NCBI GenBank assembly: GCA_964534045.1
Contig: CAZHNO010000001.1
Location: forward strand, 129,786 to 193,785
From: an uncultured archaeon
GTDB taxonomy: Archaea; Iainarchaeota; Iainarchaeia; Iainarchaeales; JAAZKV01
Direction of reading: 5' to 3'
Length of the DNA: 64,000 nt
In this document: positions 10,339 through 19,637 of the stretch, piece after piece
Layout: each line of letters starts with the position of its first letter
Position numbering within the stretch: position 1 is the stretch's first letter
Translations under genes and position numbers: made by a program
The notes under the pieces: generated by a model
Told to the model about the DNA's origin: nothing
Database searches by the model: none
The model's input: the letters and a program-made list of their open reading frames with translations, nothing else

Positions 10339-10890
10339 TCACAAACTAATTATTAAACTTAACAAAGGGGCTTCACTTATGCCACCATAAAAAATATACA
10401 CAAATAAGCCAAGTGGAACCCAATTAAAGAAAAATAACAATAATACCAAAAACAATGTTGTGGCAACTAGTACTCCTAAAAATTCTTTTACAAAAGGAGA
10501 ATACTTTTTTTCTTTTAACAAAGAAGTTGTAATGCTTGCAACAAACTCAAAAAATAATAATACTAATGCTAAAATTATTGTTGCAACAACAATTCTTATT
10601 AGTGCAATTCCAATCATTAAAACATATTCAAATGCAGTGTATTCCATTTCTGCATCTAATGGATTTGCCAAAGAAAAACCCAAAAAAACAAAATACAAAT
10701 ATGTCAAAAATATCATTAAAAAAATTATTGATAAATTAATTACTAAAGTTGATTTTATCCAAGTTAATTCATATTTTTCTTCTATTCTAATTCTTAATGG
10801 GTGTAATATTTTTGCTAAAACAAATAGTACTAATGCTAATGGAATTAGGAATTTTAAAAAATCAATAATTGCAAATAATACATCAACCAT
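10339..10890 (-). CDS. Integral membrane protein, unknown function
   Basis: 183 aa with about 4-5 hydrophobic helices; co-directional with and 21 bp upstream of the 1477-aa gene. Confidence 0.75.
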   Translation of the reverse strand: MVDVLFAIIDFLKFLIPLALVLFVLAKILHPLRIRIEEKYELTWIKSTLVINLSIIFLMIFLTYLYFVFLGFSLANPLDAEMEYTAFEYVLMIGIALIRIVVATIILALVLLFFEFVASITTSLLKEKKYSPFVKEFLGVLVATTLFLVLLLFFFNWVPLGLFVYIFYGGISEAPLLSLIISL

Positions 10891-11025
10891 TTTATCAAAA
10901 AAATTAACGTTTTTTTAGTATAATAATCTTTCCGCATGCGTTTTTTTGGCACATATCAAACAAAAAGCAATAAATACTCAAACACTCTTTTTATTATCAA
11001 TAACTTGTGTGAATAGAGTGGTTAA

Positions 11026-11688
11026 ATGGATTATTTTCTTTATGGATTAGCTTTGTTAGGAAGTTTTAGCTTAGGTTATTCTTTGCTACGACTTGGTTTT
11101 CCAGAAAAACAAGGACTTTCATTGATTCAAAAAGTCACATATGGTTATGCAATAGGAATTTTGATTTTTATACCTGGATTTATTGCTGAATTTACTTTTT
11201 CTAAAAAAATTTTCTTTTTGGTTTCAAGTATTTTTTATGCTTTTCTTTTTGCAGGTTTTTTGGCTAAAAGAATTTATTCTAAAGAAACTGATAATGTTGA
11301 ACTTGTGAAAGAAAATACAAAGCAAAGAATTCCTAAAAAAGTTTTAACTGAAGAAGAAAAGAAATCATCACAAAGATATGTTGAAAATGAAGTTAAAGAA
11401 AGTCAAATAAATAATGAAAAAGAATACAAAAAAATAACTGCTGAAGAACTCAAAATTGTTAATTCTGATAAGGGGGAGCAAGTTTTTAAAGAAAAAAAAC
11501 CTAGTGTAATTGAAAGCTTAAGGAAGAAAACAATCGAGGAAAATAAAGTTAGTGATAACAAAAAAAGAAGTGAAGCATTGGCTAGGTTAAAGGGATTGGC
11601 AAAACAAATGGATAAAAAAGAAATTGAAGAAGATGATGAAGATATAAGTGAAGATGAATTAAAAGAAATTAGTGAAGGGGATTATTAA
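11026..11688 (+). CDS. Membrane protein with 3 N-terminal TMs and a charged tail
   Basis: Hydrophobic first ~80 aa, then a Lys/Glu-rich region; TAATG overlap with the next gene. Confidence 0.75.
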   Translation: MDYFLYGLALLGSFSLGYSLLRLGFPEKQGLSLIQKVTYGYAIGILIFIPGFIAEFTFSKKIFFLVSSIFYAFLFAGFLAKRIYSKETDNVELVKENTKQRIPKKVLTEEEKKSSQRYVENEVKESQINNEKEYKKITAEELKIVNSDKGEQVFKEKKPSVIESLRKKTIEENKVSDNKKRSEALARLKGLAKQMDKKEIEEDDEDISEDELKEISEGDY

Positions 11689-12446
11689 TGGCTGAAAGGG
11701 TTCCAAGAAGAATGAAGCGATTTTATAGACAACAGGATCAACCACAAACAGATAATGAAAATTATTCTTCAGAAAATTACTCTGAAAAAGATAATTATTC
11801 AAACACCGAATCTCATTTACCAAGTATGGATTATGAAGATTTAGAAATTGATGAAAAAAATTATCAAGAAATAAAAAAAATTGAACAAATGAATCTTGAA
11901 GAAAAACTAACTTTATTAGAAGTTCAAAAGTTTAAAAAAGAAAAGAAAAGACTTCCAAACAAAGAAGAAGCTGAACAAATAGCAGATAACTTGTATACTC
12001 AATTCAAAAACTCTGAAGAAACAACAATTAAAGAAGAAAGTCCAAGAAGTTCTAGAGAAAGGCGAAGAAGAGAAAGAACAAAACGTGGAAAAGGTGAAGA
12101 TATTGCTAATGTTTCTGAAGAAATTAATAGTGCTCCACAAGAACCAATTAACACTAATGCCAATATCAAAGATTTATTTTCTGATACTGAAACTATTGGA
12201 AAAAAGAAAAAGGGAGATGACTTTGATTTGGGAATTGATTTGGATGCAAGTGAAGACAATGATGATTTAGATGAATTAAAAGAAATAAAAACTTTAACTG
12301 GAGATGAGTGTCCAAATTGTGAACAAGAGCACGAAAAGACAATTTATTGTTCAAGTTGTGGAACTGCTTATTGTGAAAAATGTGCAAAAGGAAAAGATGT
12401 TAATGGTTATACTTGCCCTAAATGTGGAACAAAAAATAAAGCATAA
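11688..12446 (+). CDS. Acidic, likely disordered protein with a C-terminal 8-Cys zinc-binding domain
   Basis: CPNC-x8-CSSC-x4-CEKC-x10-CPKC at the C-terminus. Confidence 0.75.
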   Translation: MAERVPRRMKRFYRQQDQPQTDNENYSSENYSEKDNYSNTESHLPSMDYEDLEIDEKNYQEIKKIEQMNLEEKLTLLEVQKFKKEKKRLPNKEEAEQIADNLYTQFKNSEETTIKEESPRSSRERRRRERTKRGKGEDIANVSEEINSAPQEPINTNANIKDLFSDTETIGKKKKGDDFDLGIDLDASEDNDDLDELKEIKTLTGDECPNCEQEHEKTIYCSSCGTAYCEKCAKGKDVNGYTCPKCGTKNKA

Positions 12447-12574
12447 TCTAATTTAGCTTAAAATAAATTTTTAGTCTTTTCAAAAAATAAAAAGTTATTA
12501 TAAAATTACAAAAAGTATTTTCCAATTACTATTTTTTAAAAAAACATATTGGCATCTTAAATTTAATAAAAAAA

Positions 12575-13888
12575 TTAAGACACATTTTTAACTAATTCCC
12601 ATAGTCCATTACTAACCCACATCCAATGATATCCATTAGGAGTTGCTATTCCAAATTCTTTGTAAATGTACGCTTCAGGCGAATATTTTTTATCAGCAAC
12701 ATCAAATTGTGCTCTTGTTGTACACCAATCCCCCCACTGTGCAGGCTGGTTTGTATAACCAAAATAACAAGTTTTTCTTTCTCCCTTATTTGGACTTCTT
12801 ATTCCTGGACAACCTGTTGAAAGTTTTTGTAAATCCATGTGAAAAAAATTATCCCAAATAACCCATTCATCAGGACAATCAACTAATTCTCCTCCCAACT
12901 TTGATTCAATTGAAGTAATTGGTAAATCAACTGGTGTTCCACGAGGATCATATTCATCCCCTTCCATAACGTTTGAGAAATCTATGTTTGGATTTGGGCA
13001 AGGATTTTGACTAGACTTATATGGATAATTTGGATTACAAATATCCTCAAAACCACTTTGAACAGGATATGGAAAAGAATTTTTTTCTTCTTCATTAACT
13101 TGATTGGTTTTATCTATTTCATTTTCAACATATGGACTTATTGTTAAATCAACAATTGAACAATTAAAATCAGGAGATTCTGTTAAATTGATTTCATTTA
13201 ATTCTGGAATGTCTGAAACAACCCACCCACTTAAACCAACTATAAATGGACGACCCATCTTTTGATTTTCAATTGCTGAAGAAAGAGTAACTTTTCCTAA
13301 TGCAGTATCTACTTTACCAACCTTTTGAAAAATTTGTTTTTCTAAAATTTCATTGTCATAAGGATTACAATAAAAATACACTCTTTCAACATCTTTTTCT
13401 CCATCGTAAGGCGGAAGACAACCATCACCAGTACACTGGTGAGTTGCTAATAATAAAAACAAATATTCATCTTCACTTTCACTTAAAATAAAAAAAGCAT
13501 AATCTATTGAAGTATCAAAAGGATTCATTACTTCATCAAGTGTTCGAGTAATTGCCATTCTTGTTTCGGGACTTATTTGTTGTTTGTCAGCATAATCTTC
13601 TTTTACTAGCGCAAGCAAATAATCATTTTCAAAAACTATTCCTTCATCTTCAACTTGTGAAAAAGATTTTCCATCTCTTACAACATTAATATAAGAAATT
13701 ACTTTTAATGAATCAGTGGCAAAATCTCTTGAATAAAAAGAATTTATTTGTTGTTCTGTTGGAATACCATAATTTATTGCGAAATAAAAAAGACTTGTAC
13801 AAATTATTGAAACTATGGTTAAGAAAAAAATTGAATCCATTAAAGCGGCTTGTCCACATTCATTTAGCAAAAACTTTTTCATTCCCAA
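12575..13888 (-). CDS. Pilin-like protein (class III signal peptide-like) with a C-terminal Cys/Pro/Trp-rich extension
   Basis: KKFLLNECG/QAALMDSIFFLTIVSII leader plus TM; last gene of the pilin-like cluster. Confidence 0.65.
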   Translation of the reverse strand: MGMKKFLLNECGQAALMDSIFFLTIVSIICTSLFYFAINYGIPTEQQINSFYSRDFATDSLKVISYINVVRDGKSFSQVEDEGIVFENDYLLALVKEDYADKQQISPETRMAITRTLDEVMNPFDTSIDYAFFILSESEDEYLFLLLATHQCTGDGCLPPYDGEKDVERVYFYCNPYDNEILEKQIFQKVGKVDTALGKVTLSSAIENQKMGRPFIVGLSGWVVSDIPELNEINLTESPDFNCSIVDLTISPYVENEIDKTNQVNEEEKNSFPYPVQSGFEDICNPNYPYKSSQNPCPNPNIDFSNVMEGDEYDPRGTPVDLPITSIESKLGGELVDCPDEWVIWDNFFHMDLQKLSTGCPGIRSPNKGERKTCYFGYTNQPAQWGDWCTTRAQFDVADKKYSPEAYIYKEFGIATPNGYHWMWVSNGLWELVKNVS

Positions 13889-14481
13889 ATCACCATAACC
13901 ATTATTGCAGGAACTATTAATTTGTAATCACTTTCTTGAATTGTCATATCAGTTTGAACAGCAACTGGATAAAACCGCATCAAATAATTTGATTTTTTAT
14001 CAGTTAACTTTTTTGCCCCTTTTCTCAAATATTCACAAGAATATGTTTCTTGCTCACTCCCCTTATTTAACCCAGTTAAAAAATTTTCAAATTCTCCACC
14101 CAACTCAGAAAAACTATCACTTTTAAAATCAGTTATTACTTGTTCTTTAAGTTCAGCAAGTTCCTTTAGTTTTTCATTAGAATAAATTGCAACACGAAAA
14201 TTATATTCATGAATTTCGTTTTGAACCATGGTACACCTATCTCTGAATTGGTCAACATTTAAAAGTAAAGAATCACCTTTCAAGTCACGAGAAATTGCTA
14301 ACAAACTCAAATTTTTTTTTAATTCAATATTCTTTTCAGTGTATGAATTTAAAGTTAATGCAAAAATTGTGAAAAATAAAAGTAATGCAACCACAATTGG
14401 AATTAATGATGGCAAATCATCTCCAATTGCCCCAATAAATCCCTTTGAATTAATTTTTTTAATTTTTATCTTTTTACTCAC
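13879..14481 (-). CDS. Pilin-like protein
   Basis: Basic leader ...INSKG/FIGAIGDD followed by a hydrophobic helix; GTG start; overlaps the downstream gene. Confidence 0.62.
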   Translation of the reverse strand: MSKKIKIKKINSKGFIGAIGDDLPSLIPIVVALLLFFTIFALTLNSYTEKNIELKKNLSLLAISRDLKGDSLLLNVDQFRDRCTMVQNEIHEYNFRVAIYSNEKLKELAELKEQVITDFKSDSFSELGGEFENFLTGLNKGSEQETYSCEYLRKGAKKLTDKKSNYLMRFYPVAVQTDMTIQESDYKLIVPAIMVMVIWE

Positions 14482-14522
14482 AATAACATCTCATTTTTAT
14501 TAATTTAATTTAAACTTAAAAA

Positions 14523-15311
14523 TTATTTAACATACCCTGCATCTTTACAATCTTGCCAAGATAATTGGTTTGATTGAGTGGTAAAATTTTCTGACTCTAT
14601 AATTTCTTTATCAATTTCAAAACATTGTCCAATTCTATCATTAGGTGCTGGATTACCCCCCCTTTCTAATGATAATTTATAACAACCAACTCGCAAAATA
14701 TTTTCTTCACAATTATTTAAATAATAAATTACTCCATTCGCATCACTAAAATTTTTTACAAGGGTGGTGCAAGGAATTATATACAAATTTAATATTCCCC
14801 CTTCAACTTCTTTTAATGTAACAAAAGCATTTGGCGGAGCATATTGATTTCCTTTATTTGATTCTCTTGGATACAAAGCAATTGAGTCTTTTATATTTCC
14901 ACTACTAATTGGATCAGTTGAAGCAATAAAACTTGGATCAACCAGAGTTACTTTTCCATTAACAATTATATTTCTTGCATCATAAATTTTTTCTTTCCCA
15001 TGTTCATTTATTGACAAAATTAATCTAGTATTATTTTCGGATTCCACTTTTGCAAAAACAAAATCATAATAAAGTCTTGAAGTGCCAAAACCAGAATCAA
15101 AATATTCTGGAATTGTTGTTGTTTCAAATGAACACAAAGAATCAATACCTAATTGTCCTGAAATTGTTTGAGCTTGTAATTCTAATGTACTTGCTGTAAT
15201 ATTTTTTAACTGCATCCCTGAAATAAAATTAAAAAACATTAAAGCAATTACCATCATTGCAACTGCAAAAATCATCATTTGCATTTTACTCAAAATAAAA
15301 CCAAGCATCAC
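14523..15311 (-). CDS. Membrane-anchored extracellular protein, probable minor pilin/accessory
   Basis: N-terminal hydrophobic helix, Cys-containing soluble domain, position within the pilin cluster; no basic leader. Confidence 0.6.
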   Translation of the reverse strand: MMLGFILSKMQMMIFAVAMMVIALMFFNFISGMQLKNITASTLELQAQTISGQLGIDSLCSFETTTIPEYFDSGFGTSRLYYDFVFAKVESENNTRLILSINEHGKEKIYDARNIIVNGKVTLVDPSFIASTDPISSGNIKDSIALYPRESNKGNQYAPPNAFVTLKEVEGGILNLYIIPCTTLVKNFSDANGVIYYLNNCEENILRVGCYKLSLERGGNPAPNDRIGQCFEIDKEIIESENFTTQSNQLSWQDCKDAGYVK

Positions 15312-15323
15312 TATCCCTCGAAA

Positions 15324-15884
15324 TTATATTCTCCTATAAGTACAAATAACTGGATAAGTTTTTCCAGCAGCAGCAACATTTCTCAAAATATATGTTCCTG
15401 AACTAATTCTTTGTCCAGCTGCAGTTGGATTTAATGGTGTAAAACCACTTAAGTCAGCCTCATCAGTTGGACAATCAGTATCTGTTACAAAACTAGTGTA
15501 AACCGGCAAGTTCAAGCACTTTTGAATTAATCCATCAGCGATATCATCAGCACTAAAAGTAAAAACAAAACAAGACTCTACTGCTCTTCCACAAATATTA
15601 CCACACTTTTTGCTGTCTGAGTATTTATCTATTCGAACAATTGATTTGGTTTCATTATAACAAGAAGTTTCATTTGGTCTAAATTCAAATTTGTTTGATG
15701 TTCTAAATGAAGCGGTGTCTTCAAGTTTTAATTTAAATTCGGTTATTTCTTTATCAATAGTGGCTAAGCAAACTTGATCATTAGCATTAGCAATCATTTG
15801 TGAACCAATAATTACAACAAAACCCATTATTATTATTGCTACTAATAATTCAAATGGAGAATTAACTTGTGCTTTTGAATTCAT
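15324..15884 (-). CDS. Type IV pilin-like protein (class III signal peptide)
   Basis: MNSKA/QVNSPFELLVAIIIMGFVVIIG; several Cys. Confidence 0.75.
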   Translation of the reverse strand: MNSKAQVNSPFELLVAIIIMGFVVIIGSQMIANANDQVCLATIDKEITEFKLKLEDTASFRTSNKFEFRPNETSCYNETKSIVRIDKYSDSKKCGNICGRAVESCFVFTFSADDIADGLIQKCLNLPVYTSFVTDTDCPTDEADLSGFTPLNPTAAGQRISSGTYILRNVAAAGKTYPVICTYRRI

Positions 15885-15995
15885 AAATTAAAAGGGAAAA
15901 GGTAATATTTAAACTTGAGTAATCAAAAATAAGGGTACTTTTTTACAAAAAAATATTTATTTTAATTTTAAAAATTATTTGCTTTTACAATTAAA

Positions 15996-16154
15996 TTAAT
16001 TAGAAGTTGTTTTTGGAATTGTTTTTTGAGCATTCTTGTACATTGGTTTTACTATAACAATTAGTGCTAGTGCAGCTATTGCAAAAACCAACACCATATA
16101 CACCATTCCAAAATCACTAGAAGCTGATTCTTCTTTGAACAAACTATTTTTCAT
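15996..16154 (-). CDS. Small Flp-like pilin or membrane peptide (52 aa), not in the ORF track
   Basis: Hand translation MKNSLFKEESASSDFGMVYMVLVFAIAALALIVIVKPMYKNAQKTIPKTTSN; a single TM between pilin genes. Confidence 0.65.
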   Translation of the reverse strand: MKNSLFKEESASSDFGMVYMVLVFAIAALALIVIVKPMYKNAQKTIPKTTSN

Positions 16155-16191
16155 AATAACTTAGAGTTAAAAGGAATATATTAATGTTTTG

Positions 16192-16234
16192 AAAAAAAAA
16201 GAAAAAAAGAAAGGAAAAATTATCCCTTTCTTTT
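16192..16234 (-). terminator. Hairpin plus U-tract terminator downstream of the putative major pilin
   Basis: 10-bp inverted repeat (aaaagaaagg 16205-16214 / cctttctttt 16225-16234) followed on the minus strand by a long T tract, just after the stop at 16242. Confidence 0.6.
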
Positions 16235-16241
16235 ATTTAAT

Positions 16242-16778
16242 TTAACCTGATCTATTCAATATTACTACACAAAGTTTATCGAATCCAGCTTCTTCCCATT
16301 CAGTTGGAATGTCTGAAGTACCACCTTCAAAGTGACCATCCATTTTAGCATTTAATATTGATTCTTCCAAATCATCAACATTTGCTTCACAAACAATTGT
16401 GGCTTTTGCTTTTAAAGGACTTGAAGTTTCATTAGTAATTGAAGTAGTACAAATTCCATCACTCCCTTCTTCATAACCAGTATTTGTTATTTGCGAACCA
16501 AACTTTGCTGTTCCAAATATAAATGAACAAGGATCAACTCCTTTTGCTGCAAAGTGTGATGATCTAATTGTATAACCAGCCTCTATTTGAAAAACACCAG
16601 TATCTTTTTTACCATAACTTATTGAAGACAAAGAATTTCCAATTGTTGTTGTTGCATCCCCTGTTGGAGTAGTAATATTATTTATTATTGGTAACAAAAC
16701 AAATAGTATTGCTATTGCTACTATTGCCGCAATCATCAGTTCGAAAACACTAAATGCTTGTCCACGTTGATTAACCAT
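16242..16778 (-). CDS. Type IV pilin (class III signal peptide), candidate major pilin
   Basis: MVNQRG/QAFSVFELMIAAIVAIAILFV; strong SD (AAGGAGGT) upstream and its own terminator. Confidence 0.8.
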   Translation of the reverse strand: MVNQRGQAFSVFELMIAAIVAIAILFVLLPIINNITTPTGDATTTIGNSLSSISYGKKDTGVFQIEAGYTIRSSHFAAKGVDPCSFIFGTAKFGSQITNTGYEEGSDGICTTSITNETSSPLKAKATIVCEANVDDLEESILNAKMDGHFEGGTSDIPTEWEEAGFDKLCVVILNRSG

Positions 16779-16856
16779 AATTTTAACCTCCTTTAATTAA
16801 AGATAATTAACAAAAGAAAGCAAAGGTAGTATTTAAACTTTGTTAGTAAGTTGGCT

Positions 16857-16916
16857 TTGTGTAAGAAGTAAGGAAAACCCTTGACTTTCTACACAAGTTA
16901 ATTACTTTTTACACAG
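16857..16916. repeat. Left-end 13-bp motif copies (consensus ACTTTTTACACAA)
   Basis: 16857-16869 inverted (ttgtgtaagaagt), 16884-16896 actttctacacaa, 16904-16916 actttttacacag. Confidence 0.8.
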
Positions 16917-18104
16917 ACTTGTATCAACCCCTAATTCATTAGTTTCATGTATCATTACTACTATGTTATGGCACAAAATCTTGAACAATAATTCGTTTAC
17001 TTGTGCAGTATAAGTTTTTGATTTTAAAGTATCATTGAATTTAGATTTAATCATGTGAAAAGTTGTTTCCGAATTACTTCTCAAGTGATAGTGTTTCATA
17101 AACTCTTCTTTGTTGTATTGGAAATAATGAAACATTTTTCGCCATAATCTGCCACGATTTCCTGTATGACAAGTAGCAGTAATATTCTTTGAATAAGGTA
17201 TGTATGCTTGTCCGCCCATTTCTGCAACTACATTATAACTTTCTCTTGAATTGTATGCTCCGTCTGCCGTTATTTCTTGAACATCAAAATTGTTTAATCT
17301 TTGAACAAGCGGTTTGAAGCTTGAAATGTCGCCTGTTCCTTCTCCGTAAGATTTAGTTATTTCTGCGGAGCATACAATATTTGTTTTCACTCCACTTAGA
17401 AGATGTGCTTTTAACCAAATATTCTTTTTTGTAGTTCCATGTTTTTCTTGACAATATTGATTAAATGAGTTAGTTCTGAAACCGCTACTATCTACTGCAA
17501 AATTCTTTTCTACACTCTTAAGAGTTTCTGCCGTCTTAGTAATCACATCTTTTAGAATTGGAGTTAGTTCTTCTTTTTGTAAGTAGTGTCCGATTGAAGC
17601 AAAACAAGGTTTCTTTTCAACAAATCCTTTTTCTTTTGCGTTATCTAAATCACTCATAAACCTTCTTAAAGAAAATTGTGTATAAACTTTTAGAGCAGAA
17701 GAAAAAAATAAATCTTTTTGGCTTATTTTTGGTCTTCCAAATTCATAAGGTGGTTCTTGAATATTAGAAGATAAATCGTTTAAGAGTTCTAAGAAGCGTG
17801 TTTTTTCTGTTTCTTGGGATTTGTTATAAACGCTCCATGCTTGAGGATAAGTTAAACGCTTAGTTTCAATATTAGTTACTCCGTTTTGAGTAGTCGCTTT
17901 TTGTAAATAGTATTCTACTGCGAAAGCGTGTTTGCATCTTACTTGTCTTAGTTGACAATCTGGACAATTACAATTATCCAAATGTTCTGAAACTAAATAT
18001 TTCTTTTTACTTGATTGACTACTTACTAAGTAACCTTCTTTTACTTTTGTTATTGCTCTTGTTTGAGCAATTATTTTTCCTTTTTCTTCTCTTTGATTTA
18101 TCAT
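16902..18104 (-). CDS. DDE transposase (IS4/IS5 superfamily) with an N-terminal SWIM-type zinc finger
   Basis: CNCPD...CKH SWIM motif; catalytic FAVDSSGF, TADGAY and Y(2)R(3)E(6)K signature YHLRSNSETTFHMIK. Start ATG 18104 with a GGTGG SD. Confidence 0.92.
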   Translation of the reverse strand: MINQREEKGKIIAQTRAITKVKEGYLVSSQSSKKKYLVSEHLDNCNCPDCQLRQVRCKHAFAVEYYLQKATTQNGVTNIETKRLTYPQAWSVYNKSQETEKTRFLELLNDLSSNIQEPPYEFGRPKISQKDLFFSSALKVYTQFSLRRFMSDLDNAKEKGFVEKKPCFASIGHYLQKEELTPILKDVITKTAETLKSVEKNFAVDSSGFRTNSFNQYCQEKHGTTKKNIWLKAHLLSGVKTNIVCSAEITKSYGEGTGDISSFKPLVQRLNNFDVQEITADGAYNSRESYNVVAEMGGQAYIPYSKNITATCHTGNRGRLWRKMFHYFQYNKEEFMKHYHLRSNSETTFHMIKSKFNDTLKSKTYTAQVNELLFKILCHNIVVMIHETNELGVDTSLCKK

Positions 18105-18174
18105 ATTTAACCACCTTCTAATAATATATATTATATATATTATATAGTTTATGAACATAACTCTTTATAAATAG

Positions 18175-18192
18175 ATATGATATATATCATAT
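18175..18192. promoter_or_regulatory. Perfect 18-bp palindrome between divergent genes, possible operator
   Basis: ATATGATATATATCATAT is its own reverse complement; lies between the transposase start (18104) and the small regulator start (18224). Confidence 0.45.
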
Positions 18193-18223
18193 ATAACAAA
18201 GATATTTAAAGGGGAAATACATT

Positions 18224-18373
18224 ATGAGTATGATGCCAAAGACAAAATATAAAGAACCATTTGTGCAAAAAGCAATTACAATAAGAAAAGACCAAGCTGA
18301 ATTTATACAAGACAATACTATTAATTTATCTAAATTTGTGCAAAAGAAATTAGATGAGTTGATGAAAAAATAA
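18224..18373 (+). CDS. Small ribbon-helix-helix-like DNA-binding protein (49 aa), not in the ORF track
   Basis: Hand translation MSMMPKTKYKEPFVQKAITIRKDQAEFIQDNTINLSKFVQKKLDELMKK; beta strand KAITIR then helix-NLSKFV-helix. Confidence 0.7.
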   Translation: MSMMPKTKYKEPFVQKAITIRKDQAEFIQDNTINLSKFVQKKLDELMKK

Positions 18374-18419
18374 GCTCGGCAAAGAACTAAGATTAAGTTT
18401 AATAATAAGTAATGGATTT

Positions 18420-19637
18420 TTGATGATTATGAAAAAAGAAAAACCAAAAGTCGTAAGTCTATTTTCTGGTTGTGGTGGGCTTGATTTAGGATTTAAACAA
18501 GCAGGATATGAAATAATTTGGGCAAACGATTTTGATAAAGATAGCGTTGAAACTTATAAAAGAAATATTGATGACAGAATAATTTTAGGAGATATCACAA
18601 AAATCCCAAGCTCACAAATACCAAAAAATGCAGATGTATTACTTGGTGGATTTCCTTGTCAAGGATTTTCAGTTGCAAACAATAAAAGAAATGTTGATGA
18701 TAAAAGAAACTTTTTGTATAAAGAAATGTTAAGAGTAATTAAAGATACTCAACCAAAATATTTTATTGCAGAAAATGTAAAAGGAATTTTATCACTTGGA
18801 AAAGGAAAAGTAATTGAAATGATAATTAAAGATTTTAATTCATTAGGATATAAAGTAGAAAAACCATTTGTAATAAATTGCTCATATTATGGAGTTCCAC
18901 AAAATAGAGAAAGAGTAATTATAATGGGAAACCGAATTAATGCACCAAATAAATTTCCTTTAGTAACACACAAAAATGGTTATCAAACTCCAATACCTGA
19001 TTTTATAAAACCTAAAAATTTTGAAAAATTACCTTATGTTATTTCAGTTAAAGAAGCTATAGGACATTTTCCTGAACCTGAAACTAAAGAAGGTAAGAAG
19101 ATACCTAACCATACTGCTTCAAATAATGTTCAAGGACATTATATTGCAAGAAAGAATGAAATAAAACAAGCAGATGTATGTGATTATCTAAAGTATTGGA
19201 GAGCAAAGAGAAAAATAACTACCCATAAAATTGATGAATTATTAGGATACAAGCATACTGCTGGGCATTGGTTTAGAAAAGATATTTCTGGCTCAATACC
19301 TTCTCCTGAAGATTGGTTAAAGCTAAAAGAAATTTTAAAATTTGATGACAAATTTGATAAATTAGTGACTGAAGTAGAAAAGCGTGAAATTAAATTTGAG
19401 CAATCATTAAGAATTACAAATTGGGATAGACCAAGTGACACAATAACTGCAAGTGGTCCAGAAATCCATGTTAATAAAAAAAGAAGATTGACTGCACGAG
19501 AATGTGCTACTCTTCAAAGTTTTCCTGATTATTTTATTTTTGAGGGTAGTTTGTCAAGCCAATATAGACAAATTGGAAATGCTGTTCCGCCATTAATTGG
19601 AAAACATTTTGCTAAAGAAATTAAAAAGAATTTATGA
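18420..19637 (+). CDS. DNA (cytosine-5) methyltransferase
   Basis: Motifs FSGCGG (I), GFPCQGFS (IV), ENV (VI), QNRER (VIII), RLTARECATLQSFP (IX), QIGNAVP (X). True start may be 18423 or 18429. Confidence 0.96.
   Translation: MMIMKKEKPKVVSLFSGCGGLDLGFKQAGYEIIWANDFDKDSVETYKRNIDDRIILGDITKIPSSQIPKNADVLLGGFPCQGFSVANNKRNVDDKRNFLYKEMLRVIKDTQPKYFIAENVKGILSLGKGKVIEMIIKDFNSLGYKVEKPFVINCSYYGVPQNRERVIIMGNRINAPNKFPLVTHKNGYQTPIPDFIKPKNFEKLPYVISVKEAIGHFPEPETKEGKKIPNHTASNNVQGHYIARKNEIKQADVCDYLKYWRAKRKITTHKIDELLGYKHTAGHWFRKDISGSIPSPEDWLKLKEILKFDDKFDKLVTEVEKREIKFEQSLRITNWDRPSDTITASGPEIHVNKKRRLTARECATLQSFPDYFIFEGSLSSQYRQIGNAVPPLIGKHFAKEIKKNL

Noticed and set aside
10460..10918. 152-aa plus-strand ORF and the many other 60-170 aa ORFs nested in or antisense to long genes
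   Set aside because: They overlap well-supported genes and have shadow-ORF composition without motifs.
18105..18158. N-terminal extension MFINYIIYIIYII of the transposase in the ORF track
   Set aside because: It is a translation of an AT-repeat promoter tract; ATG 18104 has an SD motif and is the likelier start.
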